Of a stretch of DNA of 64,000 nucleotides, positions 62,031 through 64,000 are shown piece by piece. The notes under the pieces are model-generated. The model searched no databases and was not told the origin of the DNA. It saw only the letters and a program-made list of their open reading frames with translations. This DNA is from Candidatus Poseidoniales archaeon. Its GTDB lineage: Archaea; Thermoplasmatota; Poseidoniia; Poseidoniales; Poseidoniaceae. Location: positions 8,380 through 72,379 of the forward strand of contig JAYOTG010000008.1 of assembly GCA_038150305.1 (NCBI GenBank). Direction: 5' to 3'. The translations under genes were made by a program, and so were the position numbers. The first letter of the stretch is position 1. The number at the start of each line of letters is the position of its first letter.

Positions 62031-62073
62031 GCACAGGCCACGCACAGGTCGGATATGAGCGCCACCGTTGACC

Positions 62074-64000
62074 TCAGGCCACCATCAGGGTGTCGTAGCC
62101 GCGAGGACGGAGCAGTTTGCCTTCCGTGACCATGCGCTCGATGAGGTCCTCCGCATCGGAGCGCGAGAGGCCGTTGCGATCGAGATCGTTCAGGACCTCG
62201 TTGAGGTCGGCAATGCCTTGGTCGCTGCTGGCAGCAAGGTCCCGCACCGTGTCGAGGATGGTGCGCTCCTTGCTGCGCGCGGTCGTCTTCTTGCCCGTTT
62301 GGAGCGTGGTCTCGTCGAAGTCGTCGCCCATCAATTCCATCCGCCAGAGTTTGGTCAAACGAAGCGCGCGCTCCGCATCCTCCACCTCAACGGTGTCCGA
62401 CAGGCGGATGCGGGCGCTGGCTTCGGCGAGCCTCGAGATGCCCTCGATGGCACGGGCCGTGATGGCGATGCTGTCGGAGCCAGAACCGCCTTGCTGCCGC
62501 GTTTCCACGTAATACGCCACGAGCATTTCACTGGCCTCCTTGGTGGGCTCGGGCTGGATGTTCCGCTTTGCGTACGCCACGTACTTCTTCACCAGGTTCG
62601 TCTCGAGGATTTCCTCGCCGTCTTGGTTGCTCGTGGCCTGACTGACGCCACGGCTCGGATCGAGGGCCGTGCCCTCCGCGATGAGCGTCTCACTCGTGCC
62701 TGAAGCGCGCGTGGAGAGGATGTGGGCGGCGATGGCGGTGTCGAGTTCGGTCTTCGGCACGTCGGTCATCACCCAGATGACGTCGAACCGCGAAATCAGC
62801 GGAGGAGCGAGGTTGATCTGTGCGGTGAAGGGCACGTCCGAAATCGGTTGGAAGCGCCCCGCCTTGGGGTTCGCGGCCGCCAACACCGCACATCGAGTTT
62901 GCAGGCTGGCGTTGATGCCGGCTTTGGCGATGGAAATGCGCTGCTGTTCCATCGCTTCGTGCATGCTCGACCGGTCGCTGTCGTTCATCTTGTCGAACTC
63001 GTCGATGGCCGCAAGCCCAAGATCAGCCAGCACCAGAGCACCGGCTTCGAGGGTCCACCGTCCATCGGCGTTGGCGTCCTGCACGGCCGCAGCCGTCAGG
63101 CCAGCCGCAGAAGCGGACATGCCGGACGTGAAGCGCCCGCGGGGGGAAAGTTGGGCCATGTAGGAGAGGAGTTGCGACTTGGCCACACCTGGGTCACCCA
63201 TCAGCAGAATGTGGATGTCGCCACGGCTTCGCGTCCCGTCGTCGTTCTTCCGAGAGACGCCGCCGAACAGTTGGAGCATCAGCGATTGCTTCACGTGAGC
63301 CATGCCGTAAATCGAGGGCGCAATCGACCGCGTGAGCACCTGGTAGATGTCCTTGCGTCGGGCGAGGTCTTTGATCTCCCGAACCTCTTCTTCGGTGATG
63401 ACGATCTCCTCGAGCGGGACGTTCTGACGCTCCAGCGAGTGGATGCGGAGGAAGATGTCGAACACGGGCGTGTCCTTGCCGCCCTTCCGCTGCGAACGGA
63501 TGAAGAGCACGCCGTTGGCCTTGACGCGGTCGCCGGGATTGAGTTGTCCACACAGGTCCTGCTCGGCGATGCACAGGATGCGCTCGGGCTGGATGCCGCC
63601 ACGCATCTGTTCGGGCAGCTCCTGCAGTTCGATGAACTGGGTGTTGATCAGGCTGGAATCCCGCTCGACCAGCGAAAAACGCGTCTCGCGTGCTTTCCTG
63701 TCGCAACCGCCGTCGATGGGATCGCACAACATCGGCTGGATGAGTTCCTGCTCGTTCGGTTGATTCACGGTGCTGAGGTGGCCGCAGGCCGAACATCGGA
63801 AGGTCGCGATGTAGATGCGAGGGCGGACGCCGGAGATCTTCGTGGTCACCGCGTCGATGGAGAGCATCTGACCGAGGTCCTCTGCACGAAGATGGGAAAT
63901 CGCGCGCGTCTGGTCCGAGGGCAGGTGAACGATGCGAATGAAGGGGTCCATCGCGCCGTGGCCCTCGTCCACCAGCACTTGCTTCACCGCTTGCTTCGAG
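62074..64000 (-). CDS. mcm: MCM replicative helicase (5' part outside the window)
   Basis: Zn finger CSAC..C..C, QELPE, GDPGVAKSQ, IDEFDKM, AAANP, SRFD; no intein seen. Confidence 0.97.
   Translation of the reverse strand, partial: SKQAVKQVLVDEGHGAMDPFIRIVHLPSDQTRAISHLRAEDLGQMLSIDAVTTKISGVRPRIYIATFRCSACGHLSTVNQPNEQELIQPMLCDPIDGGCDRKARETRFSLVERDSSLINTQFIELQELPEQMRGGIQPERILCIAEQDLCGQLNPGDRVKANGVLFIRSQRKGGKDTPVFDIFLRIHSLERQNVPLEEIVITEEEVREIKDLARRKDIYQVLTRSIAPSIYGMAHVKQSLMLQLFGGVSRKNDDGTRSRGDIHILLMGDPGVAKSQLLSYMAQLSPRGRFTSGMSASAAGLTAAAVQDANADGRWTLEAGALVLADLGLAAIDEFDKMNDSDRSSMHEAMEQQRISIAKAGINASLQTRCAVLAAANPKAGRFQPISDVPFTAQINLAPPLISRFDVIWVMTDVPKTELDTAIAAHILSTRASGTSETLIAEGTALDPSRGVSQATSNQDGEEILETNLVKKYVAYAKRNIQPEPTKEASEMLVAYYVETRQQGGSGSDSIAITARAIEGISRLAEASARIRLSDTVEVEDAERALRLTKLWRMELMGDDFDETTLQTGKKTTARSKERTILDTVRDLAASSDQGIADLNEVLNDLDRNGLSRSDAEDLIERMVTEGKLLRPRGYDTLMVA

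Noticed and set aside
60210..62129. 639-aa plus-strand ORF, and similar long antisense ORFs (31504..32958, 28543..29826, 19393..20397)
   Set aside because: Each lies opposite a clearly identified gene (gatE, pabB, the giant protein, maeB) and has no family motifs.
62074..64000. Intein in MCM
   Set aside because: Walker A, Walker B and arginine-finger motifs have normal spacing in the visible part.

Overview
GC-rich, very densely packed archaeal chromosomal segment. The gene set (RadA, MCM, GatE, RaSEA, two Pth2, an A1-U72 initiator tRNA) together with many bacterial-type genes and a giant surface protein fits a Thermoplasmatota euryarchaeon, probably Marine Group II/Poseidoniales; that assignment is inference. 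About 45 CDS and one tRNA are supported. I saw no CRISPR array, rRNA, integrase or transposase. The most interesting items are: (1) a 3-gene operon with a heme-copper-oxidase (CcoN)-like membrane protein that has lost nearly all metal-ligand His and gained two EF-hands, upstream of a YchF NTPase with no ATG/GTG/TTG start; (2) a 1150-aa RGG + helical-repeat + intact PIN-domain protein; (3) an AddAB/AdnAB-like pair with two Fe-S nuclease domains, head-to-head with an unknown Zn-finger protein; (4) a propeller/DUF4430 + orphan CbrT-like B12 uptake module; (5) a ~2800-aa kinase-less Reg_prop-like/FN3-like surface protein; (6) a phosphatidylserine decarboxylase homolog lacking its self-cleavage site; (7) a degenerate TATA-like box about 29 nt upstream of many start codons. 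All family calls come from recognising motifs by eye; no searches were run.
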